A stretch of 64,000 nt of DNA from Myxococcota bacterium (GCA_036149055.1 JAYZQJ010000155.1:1-64000); one strand, 5' to 3'. Positions 16,031 to 25,964 are shown, numbered from the stretch's first letter. Numbers and translations: made by a program. The notes: a model not told the origin generated them from the letters alone.

Positions 16031-16954
16031 GTGACGGAGGCGATCGCGTCGTGCGATGCTCGCCCCGTGCGTAAACTTTCCGTGCTGCTCGCCTTCGTCT
16101 GCCTGACCGCGCTGGTCGCGGCTGCGGGGGCGTCCGCGCAGTCGTCGGGCGGGAGCTACGGCGGGAGCTCCAGCACCGGAGGGTTCGGCGGCAGCGACTG
16201 GGGCGGCGGCGGCGGCGGGAGCAGCAGCCGCTCGAGCGGGTCGTCGGGCGGCTCGTCGGGGGGCTACGAGGCGCACGGGTCGAGCGGGGGCTCGGGTCGC
16301 GGCGGGGGCGGCTGCTCGGTGGAGTCGCTCCGGCGCCTCGCGTGGTGCGCGTCCCCGCTGGTGCCCCTCTTCGCCCTCACGCTGGTGGCGTGGCTGATCG
16401 CGCGCAGGATGCGCGTCCGGCCGACGCCGCCGCGGGGGCCGGTGTCGCTGCTGGACCTGCACCTCGCGTTCTCCACCCGCGCCGGGCGCGAGGTGGTGCG
16501 GGCGCTCGAGGTCGTCGCCCAGGACGCGCCGCATCTCCCCGCGCTCCTGGAGGGCACGCTCGAGGTGCTGGCGTCGCGCGCGGGCGACGCGCGCTTCGTG
16601 GCCTCGCGGACGTCGGCGGGCGCGCCGGCGGTGGGGAGCGGCTATGCGCGGCGGGAGCTCGAGCGCTGGCTCACCGAGGCGCGCGAGGCCTACGACGCGC
16701 TGGGGCGCCCGCGCGACCACACCGGGCTGGTGCTGGTGCGGGTGATCGCGGCGATTCACGCGGACCCGCGCCTCCACTGGCCCAGGACCGCCGCCGACCT
16801 CACCGCGGGCCTCCGCCGCATCGTCGCGCTCCGCCCGCAGGTCTCGGCGCTCGAGGTGCTGTGGACGCCGCGCGAGGCGGGGATGGGATGGAGCGAGTCG
16901 ACGCTGGATTCGCTGCCCGGTGAGCTGCGCCCGCTGGAGCGCCCCGGCCGATAG
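16031..16954 (+). CDS. DUF1517-like membrane protein with Gly/Ser-rich N-terminus
   Basis: Signal peptide, then QSSGGSYGG; one TM segment; C-terminal ALEVLWTP motif. Confidence 0.6.
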   Translation: MTEAIASCDARPVRKLSVLLAFVCLTALVAAAGASAQSSGGSYGGSSSTGGFGGSDWGGGGGGSSSRSSGSSGGSSGGYEAHGSSGGSGRGGGGCSVESLRRLAWCASPLVPLFALTLVAWLIARRMRVRPTPPRGPVSLLDLHLAFSTRAGREVVRALEVVAQDAPHLPALLEGTLEVLASRAGDARFVASRTSAGAPAVGSGYARRELERWLTEAREAYDALGRPRDHTGLVLVRVIAAIHADPRLHWPRTAADLTAGLRRIVALRPQVSALEVLWTPREAGMGWSESTLDSLPGELRPLERPGR

Positions 16955-17005
16955 GTCGACCCGCCCACCCGGCCGCCGCGGGGCTGAGCGTCGCCGCTGC
17001 GGCGC

Positions 17006-17713
17006 TCAGTGCGAGACGTCTTCGGGTCGATAGTCGGCGAGGCGGAGCTCGGGGATCACCGGCAACGCCTCCGGCGCGACGAGCTGGTCATCCTCGAGCG
17101 GCACGAGGGGGGTCAGGTGGTCCCGGGTCTGCGAGTAGTCCTGCAGCCGGCGGACATGGGACGCCGGAATGGCGAGGCTCAGCCAGCCACGCGCGGCCCC
17201 GAAGACGAACGGCTCGTCGCCCAGCTGAGAGCGCGCGACGAACCACCTCGGGTGGTTGAGGTTCGAGAAGTCCGCGTAGATGTGCGTCCGACAGCGCTCG
17301 CAGCGCCAGCCGCTCGCCCCGAAGTCGCGCGGCACCGCCGGCATGACCTGGGCGGGGCCCACGAGGAGCAGCATGGTGGACGGGCCCTCGCCGTTGAGCG
17401 CCTGGATGGGGAGCTCGCGGAAGAAGGGGCGCAGCGGCTCGAGGCCGAGCACGTCGAAGAGCTGCGGGTCGATCGCCAGGGTGTAGCCGCTCTGGGGGAG
17501 CCAGCGCGGGGCGAAGACGAGGTAAAGGAACGCCGAGAGGTCGTTGGCGACGATGCCCTCCCAGCGCTCTCCGGCGAAGTCGACGTTTCCACACCAGCTG
17601 CACGCGGAGCCCTCGCTGCCCTCGAGCCTCGCGATCTGATTGGGGCAGGCGAGCCACCAGGTGCCGGGGACGGGGCGGAGGCCGTGGACGCGACGCATCG
17701 TGCGTTCATACAT
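17006..17713 (-). CDS. Hypothetical protein with two CxxC motifs
   Basis: GAGGAG RBS; CSWCG and CERCR motifs. Confidence 0.65.
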   Translation of the reverse strand: MYERTMRRVHGLRPVPGTWWLACPNQIARLEGSEGSACSWCGNVDFAGERWEGIVANDLSAFLYLVFAPRWLPQSGYTLAIDPQLFDVLGLEPLRPFFRELPIQALNGEGPSTMLLLVGPAQVMPAVPRDFGASGWRCERCRTHIYADFSNLNHPRWFVARSQLGDEPFVFGAARGWLSLAIPASHVRRLQDYSQTRDHLTPLVPLEDDQLVAPEALPVIPELRLADYRPEDVSH

Positions 17714-17752
17714 CCGGGCTCTCCTCGAAGCACGGCTTGTCGGCGCGGCCCG

Positions 17753-19528
17753 TCAGGGGAGGACGCGGAGGCGCACGCGGTATTCGCTCGCGCCGCCGCG
17801 GAGCTCGACGCGCCAGCCATCTGAGACCTGCTCGTCGAGGGCGCTCCACGCCTCGATGGAGATGGCGGGGTCGGCGGGGGAGAGGGGCTCGATGTGGAGG
17901 TCGCCGGCGACGAGGGTGCCGTCGGGCATGACCCGGGGCTCGACCGGGACGTGGAGCTGCCAGACGGCCTCGACGCCGCCGGCCACCGTGAAGCGGTCGA
18001 CGACGTCGACGCGCTCGGCGGCGAGCTCGATGTCGCGGGTCCAGGCGGTGACGTCGGGGCTGTCGCCGTAGGCCGCGGCGAGGTCGGCGGTGACGCTCGC
18101 GCCGGAGACGGTCATGCGGCTGGTGGTGCGGTAGGTCTGCGGGATGGTCTCGCCCGCGCGGGTGAAGCGGACGAGGTTCTGGTACTCGAGGTCCTGCTCG
18201 ATGCCGGTCCGCGAGTGGACGTTGGCGGTGACGGCGAGCCAGCCCCGGCGGAAGAGGTTGAAGGCGCCCTGGTCGTCGTGGGCGTGCGCCTCGTCGTAGG
18301 GGCCGGCGACGAAGCTGAGCCAGGTGGCGTCGTCGTCCCAGGAGGAGCGCATGAAGAGGTGGCCGGTGCCCTCCGCGTGATAGGCGAGCGCGGTCGGCGC
18401 CTCCTCCTCGCCGACCGGGAGCAGGTTGTCGATGTAGTTGAAGCGGCTGCTCATGCCCTGGATCGGGATGCGGCGGAGCCACCACGCGGCGCGGCGAGCC
18501 TGCGGGGTGCCCGGGGCGACGGCGCTGCCCTCGAGCAGCATGGCGCGGTGGTAGTCGTAGAGGCGCGGCATCGAGACGCGCGCCTGGTCGCCGATGGGCG
18601 CGGTGTACTCGAAGCCCGGGGTGGTGGCGTGGATCCAGTAGTCGAGGCTGTCGGCCGCGTGCGTGGACTCCGCCGCCAGGTCCTCGCCGGTCGCGTCCCA
18701 CCACACGCGGTAGATGTGGAAGAGGCGCTGCTGCGCGAGGCCGTAGCCGGTGCCCTCTCGCGAGCCGCCGCCGGGCAGGGTCCGGTAGTAGGCGATCAGC
18801 GGCGGGAGCTTCTCGGTGCGCAGGAGCTCCATCCACGCGTCGGAGTGGCTCGCGAGCGCCCAGTAGAGCGTCGCCTGCAGGAAGCTGTAGTGATAGTTGT
18901 TGCCGGGGTTCTCGACGCTCCAGCCGGACCAGCGATGCGCGACGCCGCCCCACTCGGCGTCCCGGTGGTTCCAGAGGTTCCAGATGGCCTGCTCGGCGTG
19001 GGCCGCCCAACGGGCCCGCTGCGCGTCGGTGACGAAGTCGGCGCACCAGTCGTAGGCGAGCGCGAGGGCGCTGATCTCCCGGCCGACGTGCAGGTAGGAG
19101 TCGCGCGCGACCCGCGGCCGCTCACCCCGCGCGACGGCGGCCTCGGCTTCGGCGACCTCCTCCTCGGTGAGCGCGACCGCGAGCTCGCAGAAGCGCGCCT
19201 CGCCGGTGACCCGGTAGACGTAGGCCGCGTCGTCGGCGCCGAGGGAGTTGGGGTACGGCGCGCCGTCCTCGAGCTGGTCCGCGACGTAGGCGTAGAAGCG
19301 CTCCCACTCGGGCGAGGCGGTGTCGACGTAGCCGAGGTCCGGAGGCATGTGCCCGTCGCCCGGGGCGCGAGGTCGGCGCCCGGCGTCGCTCGGTCGCGGC
19401 GGGCGCGCGTCGTCGCCGATGCCTCCGTCGGCAGGGGCGACGGCGCCGTCCACGCCCGCGTCGGGCTCGGCGCAGCCGACCAGGGCGAGCAGGAGGCAGG
19501 AGAGGAATCGCGCGGCTCTCGTCTTCAT
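17753..19528 (-). CDS. Heparinase II/III-like (polysaccharide lyase-like) lipoprotein
   Basis: MKTRAARFLSCLLLALVG-C lipobox; helical N-domain with GNNY and EGTGYG; FMRSSWDDDATW and HAHDDQGAF. Confidence 0.8.
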   Translation of the reverse strand: MKTRAARFLSCLLLALVGCAEPDAGVDGAVAPADGGIGDDARPPRPSDAGRRPRAPGDGHMPPDLGYVDTASPEWERFYAYVADQLEDGAPYPNSLGADDAAYVYRVTGEARFCELAVALTEEEVAEAEAAVARGERPRVARDSYLHVGREISALALAYDWCADFVTDAQRARWAAHAEQAIWNLWNHRDAEWGGVAHRWSGWSVENPGNNYHYSFLQATLYWALASHSDAWMELLRTEKLPPLIAYYRTLPGGGSREGTGYGLAQQRLFHIYRVWWDATGEDLAAESTHAADSLDYWIHATTPGFEYTAPIGDQARVSMPRLYDYHRAMLLEGSAVAPGTPQARRAAWWLRRIPIQGMSSRFNYIDNLLPVGEEEAPTALAYHAEGTGHLFMRSSWDDDATWLSFVAGPYDEAHAHDDQGAFNLFRRGWLAVTANVHSRTGIEQDLEYQNLVRFTRAGETIPQTYRTTSRMTVSGASVTADLAAAYGDSPDVTAWTRDIELAAERVDVVDRFTVAGGVEAVWQLHVPVEPRVMPDGTLVAGDLHIEPLSPADPAISIEAWSALDEQVSDGWRVELRGGASEYRVRLRVLP

Positions 19529-19542
19529 GGCGGCGCCACGGG

Positions 19543-19557
19543 GCACGCGCCGTGCCA
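19543..19557 (-). promoter_or_regulatory. Sigma-54 (-24/-12) promoter for the heparinase-like gene
   Basis: Minus strand TGGCACG-GCGC-GTGC with canonical spacing, 15 bp from the ATG. Confidence 0.65.
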
Positions 19558-19679
19558 CGCGCCTCGCGCGACGTGAAGCGCGGGCGGCGGCCGGGGCGAG
19601 GTCGGCTCGCCCAGACCATGGTCTGCTGCTGCAGACCACGGAGACCGCGAGGAGCGGCTCGCGGTGCGAGCGGGGCGGG

Positions 19680-19694
19680 TGGCACGCGTGGTGC
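19680..19694 (+). promoter_or_regulatory. Sigma-54 (-24/-12) promoter for the CRTAC1-like gene
   Basis: TGGCACG-CGTG-GTGC with canonical spacing, followed by GGAGG RBS and ATG 19720. Confidence 0.7.
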
Positions 19695-19719
19695 GTGAGG
19701 CCGGCGCGGAGGTTTCTCG

Positions 19720-21507
19720 ATGACGCGCTTGGCCCTGTCGTTCTGTTGCTGTCTCGCCATCGCCGGCTGCTCGGATCCCGTGGACATGGAGCCGGCCCCG
19801 GACGCCGGGACCGAAGTGGATCCGCCGCCGCCGCCGCCCCCGCCGACGATGGGCGACGCGTCGACGCCGGAGGAGGACGGCGGGGTGGACGCGCCCGACG
19901 CGTCGCGGCCGCCGGACCCGCGCGACGTGCCGCTCGGGCCGGTGGGTGAGGTGTCCTTCGTCGACACGACGGCGCGCTACCTCGACCCGACGCCGGCCGA
20001 CGTGGACGACGGCTGGGGGACGAACAACGCGTGGGAGTTCGAGTTCACCGACTTCGACGGCGACGGGCGGCTCGACCTCGCGCTGCCCGACCACGTGGGC
20101 ACGACGCGCATCTGGGTGCAGCGGCCGGACGGGACGTTCCGCTTCCTCGACGCGAACGCGACCGGGCTGCATCGGGTCAGCGGCCATCAGCGCGCGACCA
20201 GCAACTTCTTCTTCATCGACGTCGACGCCGACGGGCTGCCGGACATGAGCGGACACGACCCCGACGGGGGGCCCTCGATCCTGCTGCTCGCCCAGCACGG
20301 CGTGGGCGACGAGACGCCTCGCTACGCGCCCGCCCCGCTCCGCGGGTGCCGCTACGGCCGGGACAACTGCGTGTTCGGCGCGCTGATGAACGACAATCGC
20401 ATGGTGACGATCAGCGCGAGCCGCCCGGTGGCGCCCGACAACGTGCAGCGGGAGATCCGCGACATCCTCACCGACGAGGTGGTGCTCCCGGCCGACAACG
20501 TCTCGGGCGACGCGGAGGGGTCGGCGGCGGCGACCTACCTCATCGTCGACCTGGACAACGACACCTGCCCGGACATCGTGAACCTCTTCGCCGACGGGTT
20601 CTGGCAGAAGGACCGCACGTCGAGCGGCTGCGCCGACACGTTCACCTGGCGGGCCGGGCGCTTCGACGACCCGGCGAACCACTCCGATCCCGGCTGCGGC
20701 GGCGCGTGCGGGCCCTTCTGGCAGACCCGGCACGCGGCCACCGCCGACTTCGACAACGACGGCTTCGCCGACGTCTACTACCGGGTCGGCCCCCGGAACG
20801 ACGAGGACACCCTCGGGTTCGCGCGCATGTGCCTCAACGACGGCACCGCGCACTTCGTCTGTCACGACGTCCCGACGGCCGGCGGCCCGCCGCACTGGAT
20901 CAACTACGCGAACACCCACGTCGGCGACATCGACAACGACGGAGACATCGACATCGTCTCCGCCGGCGAGGCGCGCAGCGACACGATCACGATCTACCTC
21001 AACGACGGGACCGGCCGCTTCGCGATCATCGAGAACCCGGTCGACTTCGAGGGCGCGCACGGTAAGGCCCGCGTCTCCCTCGCCGACTTCAACGACGACG
21101 GCCTCCTCGACCTCGCCAAGACGGGCCGCTCGCGCGAGATCGACGGCCTGTCGTACGTCGGCGTCGGGCTCTTCCAGAACAACACGAACAACGACTTCCA
21201 CTACCTGAAGCTCAAGGTCCGCGGCGAGGGGAACAACACCGACGGCCTGCACGCGCGCATCCGCGTCTACGAGGCGGGCACCCGACGGCTGATCGCGCAG
21301 CGGCAGGTGCAGAACCTCCCCTACGCCAACTACGCGACCGAGGTGCACTTCGGCCTCGGCGCGCACGACCGCGTCGACGTGGAGGTCATCTACCCGAACG
21401 ACGGGCCCCGCTACACGCTCGAGGGCGTCGCCGCCGACCAGACGATCCTCGCCTACCCCACGCGCCACACGCTGGGCTACCGCGCGGGCGACCCGTTCCC
21501 GCTGTAG
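19720..21507 (+). CDS. CRTAC1-like lipoprotein: FG-GAP/VCBS repeats with C-terminal ASPIC/UnbV domain
   Basis: Lipobox LAIAG-C; repeated DFDGDGRLDL / DFDNDGFAD / DFNDDGLLDL; EVHFGLG near the C-terminus. Confidence 0.88.
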   Translation: MTRLALSFCCCLAIAGCSDPVDMEPAPDAGTEVDPPPPPPPPTMGDASTPEEDGGVDAPDASRPPDPRDVPLGPVGEVSFVDTTARYLDPTPADVDDGWGTNNAWEFEFTDFDGDGRLDLALPDHVGTTRIWVQRPDGTFRFLDANATGLHRVSGHQRATSNFFFIDVDADGLPDMSGHDPDGGPSILLLAQHGVGDETPRYAPAPLRGCRYGRDNCVFGALMNDNRMVTISASRPVAPDNVQREIRDILTDEVVLPADNVSGDAEGSAAATYLIVDLDNDTCPDIVNLFADGFWQKDRTSSGCADTFTWRAGRFDDPANHSDPGCGGACGPFWQTRHAATADFDNDGFADVYYRVGPRNDEDTLGFARMCLNDGTAHFVCHDVPTAGGPPHWINYANTHVGDIDNDGDIDIVSAGEARSDTITIYLNDGTGRFAIIENPVDFEGAHGKARVSLADFNDDGLLDLAKTGRSREIDGLSYVGVGLFQNNTNNDFHYLKLKVRGEGNNTDGLHARIRVYEAGTRRLIAQRQVQNLPYANYATEVHFGLGAHDRVDVEVIYPNDGPRYTLEGVAADQTILAYPTRHTLGYRAGDPFPL

Positions 21508-21514
21508 ACCTGCC

Positions 21515-23878
21515 TCAGAGGAGGCCGGGGCAGCGCTCGTCACCCGCGTCGCTGTTGTCCGTGCTCACGCATTCGATGACGCCGATCGAGCTCCCGTCGA
21601 CCCGCGCCTCGTAGCTGAGATCGGTGTCCGCCTCGATGTCGGCGACGGTCACCGTGACGCGCTCGCTCGCGCCGGGCAGGAGCGCGGTCGTCGTCGTCGC
21701 GGTGCCCACCTCCGCCTCGGGCCCGGGGGCCGTCTGGAAGAAGCTGACGGTCACCCCGGCGGGCACCCCCCGTGAGCCCACGTTGCGGACGCGCGCGGAG
21801 AGCCGCACCGCGCGCTCCGCGCACACGCCGACCACCGTCAGCTCGACCTGCAGGTTGGGAGCGTTGAACACGCCGGCGCCCTGCACGTTCTGGCGGTAGT
21901 TGTTGAGATCGCCGCGGGTCCAGTTGTCGGTCTCGACCGCCGGCACCTCGCCGCGATCGCCGACGTTGGTCACGTGGTAGGTGTGCTGGTTCCAGATGGG
22001 CCGGGTTCGAACCCAGCGGTCGCCGGGATCGCCGTAGACGTACACGCCCGAGGTCGCGACGGGGCAGTCGTCACGCGAGATGGCCTGGTCGCGGTTCGCG
22101 GGGACGACGATCTCCGAGTTGCCGTCGCGGTCGACGTCCACCACCAGCGGGTACTCGATCGCGGTGCGCGACGAGTTGTTCACGGGGGCGGCGAGCACGT
22201 CGGCGCCCGTCGCGCCGTCGTAGACGTGCAGGAAACACTCGTCGTTGTAGATGACCTCCGACGCGCCGTCCCCCTGGAAGTCGAAGACGCTCGAGCCGGT
22301 GATGCTCGACGAGATGTCCTGGGTCGCCGTCCGCCAGAGGATGAAGTCCGTGCCCGAGCCCATCGTCACGCAGCTCCCGCCGCTGCGCGGGGGCGTCGTC
22401 AGGCAGTCGGGATCGTAGACCGCGTAGAACGCCTGGCCCGCGGTGGAGATCTCCGGCAGGCCGTCTCCGTCGAAGTCCGCCACCGTCGGCGCGCCGCCGA
22501 TGCCGCCGCCGGGGATCGCGAAGGTGCCGTCCGCCCAGCTGCCGCCCGGCCCGACGCGCATCGCCCCCGTGGCTCCGTCGCGGACGACCACCGAGCCCGC
22601 GTCCACCACGATCACCTCGGGCGCTCCGTCGCCGTCGAGATCGGCGATGGCGGGGAACCCGTGGCCGCCCGCGTTCCAGAGCGTCGAGCCGTCGAGGTCG
22701 TAGGCGACTCCGCCCGAGGTGACCTCGGGCTCGGGATCTCCGTCGAGGTTGGCCACCGCGGTGAGCGAGTAGGCACCGTTGGCAGCGCAGAGCCCGTGAT
22801 CGAAGAAGTCGAGCGAGGCGTCCCCGATGTTCGCGCCGTTCATCGCGTGGCAGCCCACCACCACGTCCGGCGTCCCGTCGGCGTTCAGATCCGCGATGGA
22901 GGGGCTCGCTCGGCCGGACGCCGACCCGCCCGTCGTGCGGCGCGCGATCTCGGTCGTCCCGTCGCCGTCCACGATGCGGTAGCCGCCCGTGTGCAGGCGA
23001 TAGAACACCTCGAGCGCGACGTCGCTCGGGTCGAAGTTCGCGAGCCCCACCGACGTGATCCAGTCGGGCCGATCCGCGCCGGTGATCGACCAGAGCAGCG
23101 TCCCGCTCGCGCCATCGAGCGCCACCAGGATGGTGTCGGAGGTGGTTCCGCCCGTGTAGACCGGGACCACCACGTCGGGCACGCCGTCGCCCGAGACGTC
23201 GCCGACCATCGGGGCCGCGATCACGTTCTCGTACAGCCGCCCGCCGATCGTCACGCCGGCCCAATGCCACTCCACCTCGAGCGAGACCTCCTCGAACTCC
23301 GGGCGAACCTCGCAGTCGATCCCCTCGGGGATCGGCAGGCATCGCCCGACCGTCGCCTCGCAGTAGTCGCCCTCCGTGAGGCAATCGTAGTCGTCCGTGC
23401 ACGCGTCCCCCGGGGTCGCGCACGCGTCGTCCAGGCAGACGTCCCCCGAGGCGCAGCAGATGTCGAGGTCGGCCCCGCAGAGCGGCGCGTCCCCGCAGTC
23501 GGCGGCGCACACGATGCCGTCCAGACACACCTGGCCCGCCGCGCAACACTCCATCGAGTTGTCACCGCAGCGGACCGTCTCGCAGATGTCCAGGCACTGG
23601 AAGCCGTCGACGCACTCCTGCCCTTCGGCGCAGCACGGCGTGGGACCACCGCACTCGAGCGCGGCCGGGCAGGTGACGGTCATCCCTCCGTCGACCTCCG
23701 CGTCGCTCGCGCCGGCGTCGGCGACGGGGAAACACACGCCATCCCGGCAGACCTCGCCCGCGGCGCAATCGCCCGTGGTCGTGCAGCGGTCGGGCGGCTC
23801 TCCTTCGCAGTCGCAACCGGCGAGAGTGGCCAGGAAGGAGAGCGCGACGAGGACGCGAGGCAAACGGCAGCGAGGCAT
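21515..23878 (-). CDS. FG-GAP repeat lipoprotein with Cys-rich N-terminal repeats and C-terminal CARDB-like domain
   Basis: Lipobox TLAG-C; GDVSGDGVPD, ADLDGDGAPE, DFQGDG, WNQHTYHVTNV, VRNVGSRGVPAG. Confidence 0.85.
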   Translation of the reverse strand: MPRCRLPRVLVALSFLATLAGCDCEGEPPDRCTTTGDCAAGEVCRDGVCFPVADAGASDAEVDGGMTVTCPAALECGGPTPCCAEGQECVDGFQCLDICETVRCGDNSMECCAAGQVCLDGIVCAADCGDAPLCGADLDICCASGDVCLDDACATPGDACTDDYDCLTEGDYCEATVGRCLPIPEGIDCEVRPEFEEVSLEVEWHWAGVTIGGRLYENVIAAPMVGDVSGDGVPDVVVPVYTGGTTSDTILVALDGASGTLLWSITGADRPDWITSVGLANFDPSDVALEVFYRLHTGGYRIVDGDGTTEIARRTTGGSASGRASPSIADLNADGTPDVVVGCHAMNGANIGDASLDFFDHGLCAANGAYSLTAVANLDGDPEPEVTSGGVAYDLDGSTLWNAGGHGFPAIADLDGDGAPEVIVVDAGSVVVRDGATGAMRVGPGGSWADGTFAIPGGGIGGAPTVADFDGDGLPEISTAGQAFYAVYDPDCLTTPPRSGGSCVTMGSGTDFILWRTATQDISSSITGSSVFDFQGDGASEVIYNDECFLHVYDGATGADVLAAPVNNSSRTAIEYPLVVDVDRDGNSEIVVPANRDQAISRDDCPVATSGVYVYGDPGDRWVRTRPIWNQHTYHVTNVGDRGEVPAVETDNWTRGDLNNYRQNVQGAGVFNAPNLQVELTVVGVCAERAVRLSARVRNVGSRGVPAGVTVSFFQTAPGPEAEVGTATTTTALLPGASERVTVTVADIEADTDLSYEARVDGSSIGVIECVSTDNSDAGDERCPGLL

Positions 23879-23972
23879 CGGGGCGACTCTACGCCACCCA
23901 CCCGTCCCTCGTCGACGGATCACTCGGGCGCGCTCCTTGTCAGGACGGAGCTTCGACCGTACGACCCGTAGC

Positions 23973-24929
23973 GTGACAGGCGCGTGGACCGCCTCGAGGA
24001 CGACGCCCGGCTGGCTGATCGCGCTGGTCACGTTCGGTGTGACGGCGCCGAGCGCGGCCGAAGCGCAGCCCCGCGGAAGCTGCCTGTCCCACTGGGAGGT
24101 GACGGCCGCGATCGTCCAGGCGCGCGGTCCGGGGAGCTGCTTCGCGGCGAGCCCCGGCTGGACCGCGCGGCTCCGCGAGAGCGCTCGGACCTGGCCGGAG
24201 CGCCCTCGAGACGCCTTCGCCGCCGACTGCACCGCGCCGGTGGAGGGTCGCACCTCGGGGCTTCGCTCCCTCACCGCGTGGTGCCCGAGCACGTCGACCC
24301 GCGAGCGGCTCGTCGAGCACCTCGACGGCCTGACGCTGCGGATCAGCCAGTCCGGTGACGTCGACGCGTGGCCGGAGCTCGCGCCGCTCGTGGCGGAGGA
24401 CCGGCAGGGGCCTCTCCGGGTCCCGCTGGGCGGGCTGATGGAGCTCTCTCTCCCCCCGGGATTCGCCGCGCTGTACGGGCCGCGCGGCGCCGTCGAGGTC
24501 TACGAGATCGGCCCCGCGACCGCGACGCCGCCCGAGCCGCTCGTCGGCGCCGAGGCGGGCACGCACTTCGACTCGCAGGCCTGCGAGGCCGAGCCGGCGT
24601 GCACCCTCGTGCTCGATGGGGTGGAGGCGCGCGGGGTGCGCCGAGGCGAGATGTGCGTGGCGTGCCTCCGCCAGACGGTGCGCCCGGGCTGGTCCCTCTC
24701 GCTGGCCGCGCGGCCGGACTCGGCGAGCGCGCGCCGGCTCCTGATCGGCGCGGTCCTCGCCGACGACGTCGAGGCGGTCTGCGAGGTCGAGCGGTCCTCT
24801 CCGCTCGGGTGGGCGCTCGGAAGCGCAGGCCTGCTCGCGGCCCTGCTCCTCGTGTGGCGTCTGCGGGCAGAGCGAACCGGTCAGCGGAAGAACTGGGCCT
24901 CCCCGATCGAGCCGTCGCGCAGACGATAG
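23973..24929 (+). CDS. Secreted hypothetical protein with C-terminal membrane anchor
   Basis: Signal-like WLIALVTFGVTAPSAAEA; C-terminal WALGSAGLLAALLLVWRLR; start uncertain. Confidence 0.6.
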   Translation: MTGAWTASRTTPGWLIALVTFGVTAPSAAEAQPRGSCLSHWEVTAAIVQARGPGSCFAASPGWTARLRESARTWPERPRDAFAADCTAPVEGRTSGLRSLTAWCPSTSTRERLVEHLDGLTLRISQSGDVDAWPELAPLVAEDRQGPLRVPLGGLMELSLPPGFAALYGPRGAVEVYEIGPATATPPEPLVGAEAGTHFDSQACEAEPACTLVLDGVEARGVRRGEMCVACLRQTVRPGWSLSLAARPDSASARRLLIGAVLADDVEAVCEVERSSPLGWALGSAGLLAALLLVWRLRAERTGQRKNWASPIEPSRRR

Positions 24930-25225
24930 CGGACGAGCACTTCGCCCTCGCTGCGTTCGCCGGTCGCCGGGTCGGTGCGCCACCAGCGCTCGTGATCGAC
25001 GCAGTGCTCGCCGACCACCAGCCGCGTCTCGACCGCGCCGCCGAAGGTGCGCGTGGAGAAGAGCGCCTCGTAGCGCCGTCGGAAGGCCTCGATGCCCACG
25101 CAGACCTCGTTCCCGTCGTGGTCGAGCACGCGGACCTGCGGGTGATAGCAGGCGCAGAAGGCGTCGAGATCGGCGGCGTTGTAAGCGTCGAGCTGACGAC
25201 GCGCGAGAGACTCCACGGGCTCCAT
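24881..25225 (-). CDS. NTF2/SnoaL-like protein
   Basis: QLDAYNAADLDAFCACY, RLVVGEHCVDHE, YRLRDGSI. Confidence 0.88.
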   Translation of the reverse strand: MEPVESLARRQLDAYNAADLDAFCACYHPQVRVLDHDGNEVCVGIEAFRRRYEALFSTRTFGGAVETRLVVGEHCVDHERWWRTDPATGERSEGEVLVRYRLRDGSIGEAQFFR

Positions 25226-25254
25226 CGCCGCAGCCTAGCCCGGACTACGGCGTC

Positions 25255-25668
25255 TCACCTCCGGCCTCGGCGCCTGAGGCACTCCGGCCACCCGCTCGCA
25301 TCGCCGCACTCCCCGTCGCTGCACGGACGCTCGGTGACGCATCGGATCACCAGCTTCCACTCGGCGTCGCACCCGATCCGTCGCGCCTGGCGACGGCGCC
25401 CGTCGCAAGCGTCGTAGCACCCGGGCGCCGTGCATCCCGATCGCTCCTCCGCCTCACAGTACAGCTCGCAGACGTCCTCGTCCTCGCCATGAGGCGACGG
25501 CGTGGCGTCGCGCACTCCGCCCGCGTCGGTCGGCCCCCCGGAGTCGGTCGGGTCGGGAGCTTCGACCCGCGTCCCCTCGCTCTCACGCCCATGGCTCGCG
25601 AAACACCCGGCGAGGAGCGAAGCCGACCCGAGGACGAAGAGCCCGCGCGCTATCCATGCTCGTCTCAT
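25255..25668 (-). CDS. Small Cys-rich lipoprotein
   Basis: MRRAWIARGLFVLGSASLLAG-C; C-terminal Cys-rich domain. Confidence 0.7.
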   Translation of the reverse strand: MRRAWIARGLFVLGSASLLAGCFASHGRESEGTRVEAPDPTDSGGPTDAGGVRDATPSPHGEDEDVCELYCEAEERSGCTAPGCYDACDGRRRQARRIGCDAEWKLVIRCVTERPCSDGECGDASGWPECLRRRGRR

Positions 25669-25699
25669 GACGGCTCCGTGCCGCGCGAGAGCCGAGCGT

Positions 25700-25777
25700 T
25701 TCATGCACGAGCAGGTATTCAACCCTCTCGTCGGCGAGCTCCGCCAACAGATCGCTCGAGTCGGAGGGGAGGTCCAT
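25700..25777 (-). pseudogene. 5' remnant of a nucleotidyltransferase gene
   Basis: MDLPSDSSDLLAELADERVEYLLV resembles the N-terminus of small NTases (..L..DF..LL.......VEYLLVGG.A), but the sequence diverges before the GG motif. Confidence 0.55.
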
Positions 25778-25964
25778 CGGGGTTCTCCATCGACCACACC
25801 ATCTGCGCCATCTCCCAGGCGGCCGCGAGGCGCTCCTCGAAGGTGGCGTCGCGCCAGAAGTCGGCGTCGAGTCGAGCATGCTCGTCGCTCGAGACGCGGC
25901 CGCCGCTCCAGCGCGAGCGGCGCAGTCGGGCTCGTTCCTCTCGGGACACGCCACAGTCTATCAT
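25719..25964 (-). CDS. Small protein of the type found upstream of nucleotidyltransferases (putative TA partner)
   Basis: DADFWRDATFEERLAAAWEMA...LRLERSV; overlaps the start of the NTase remnant. Confidence 0.65.
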   Translation of the reverse strand: MIDCGVSREERARLRRSRWSGGRVSSDEHARLDADFWRDATFEERLAAAWEMAQMVWSMENPDGPPLRLERSVGGARRREG

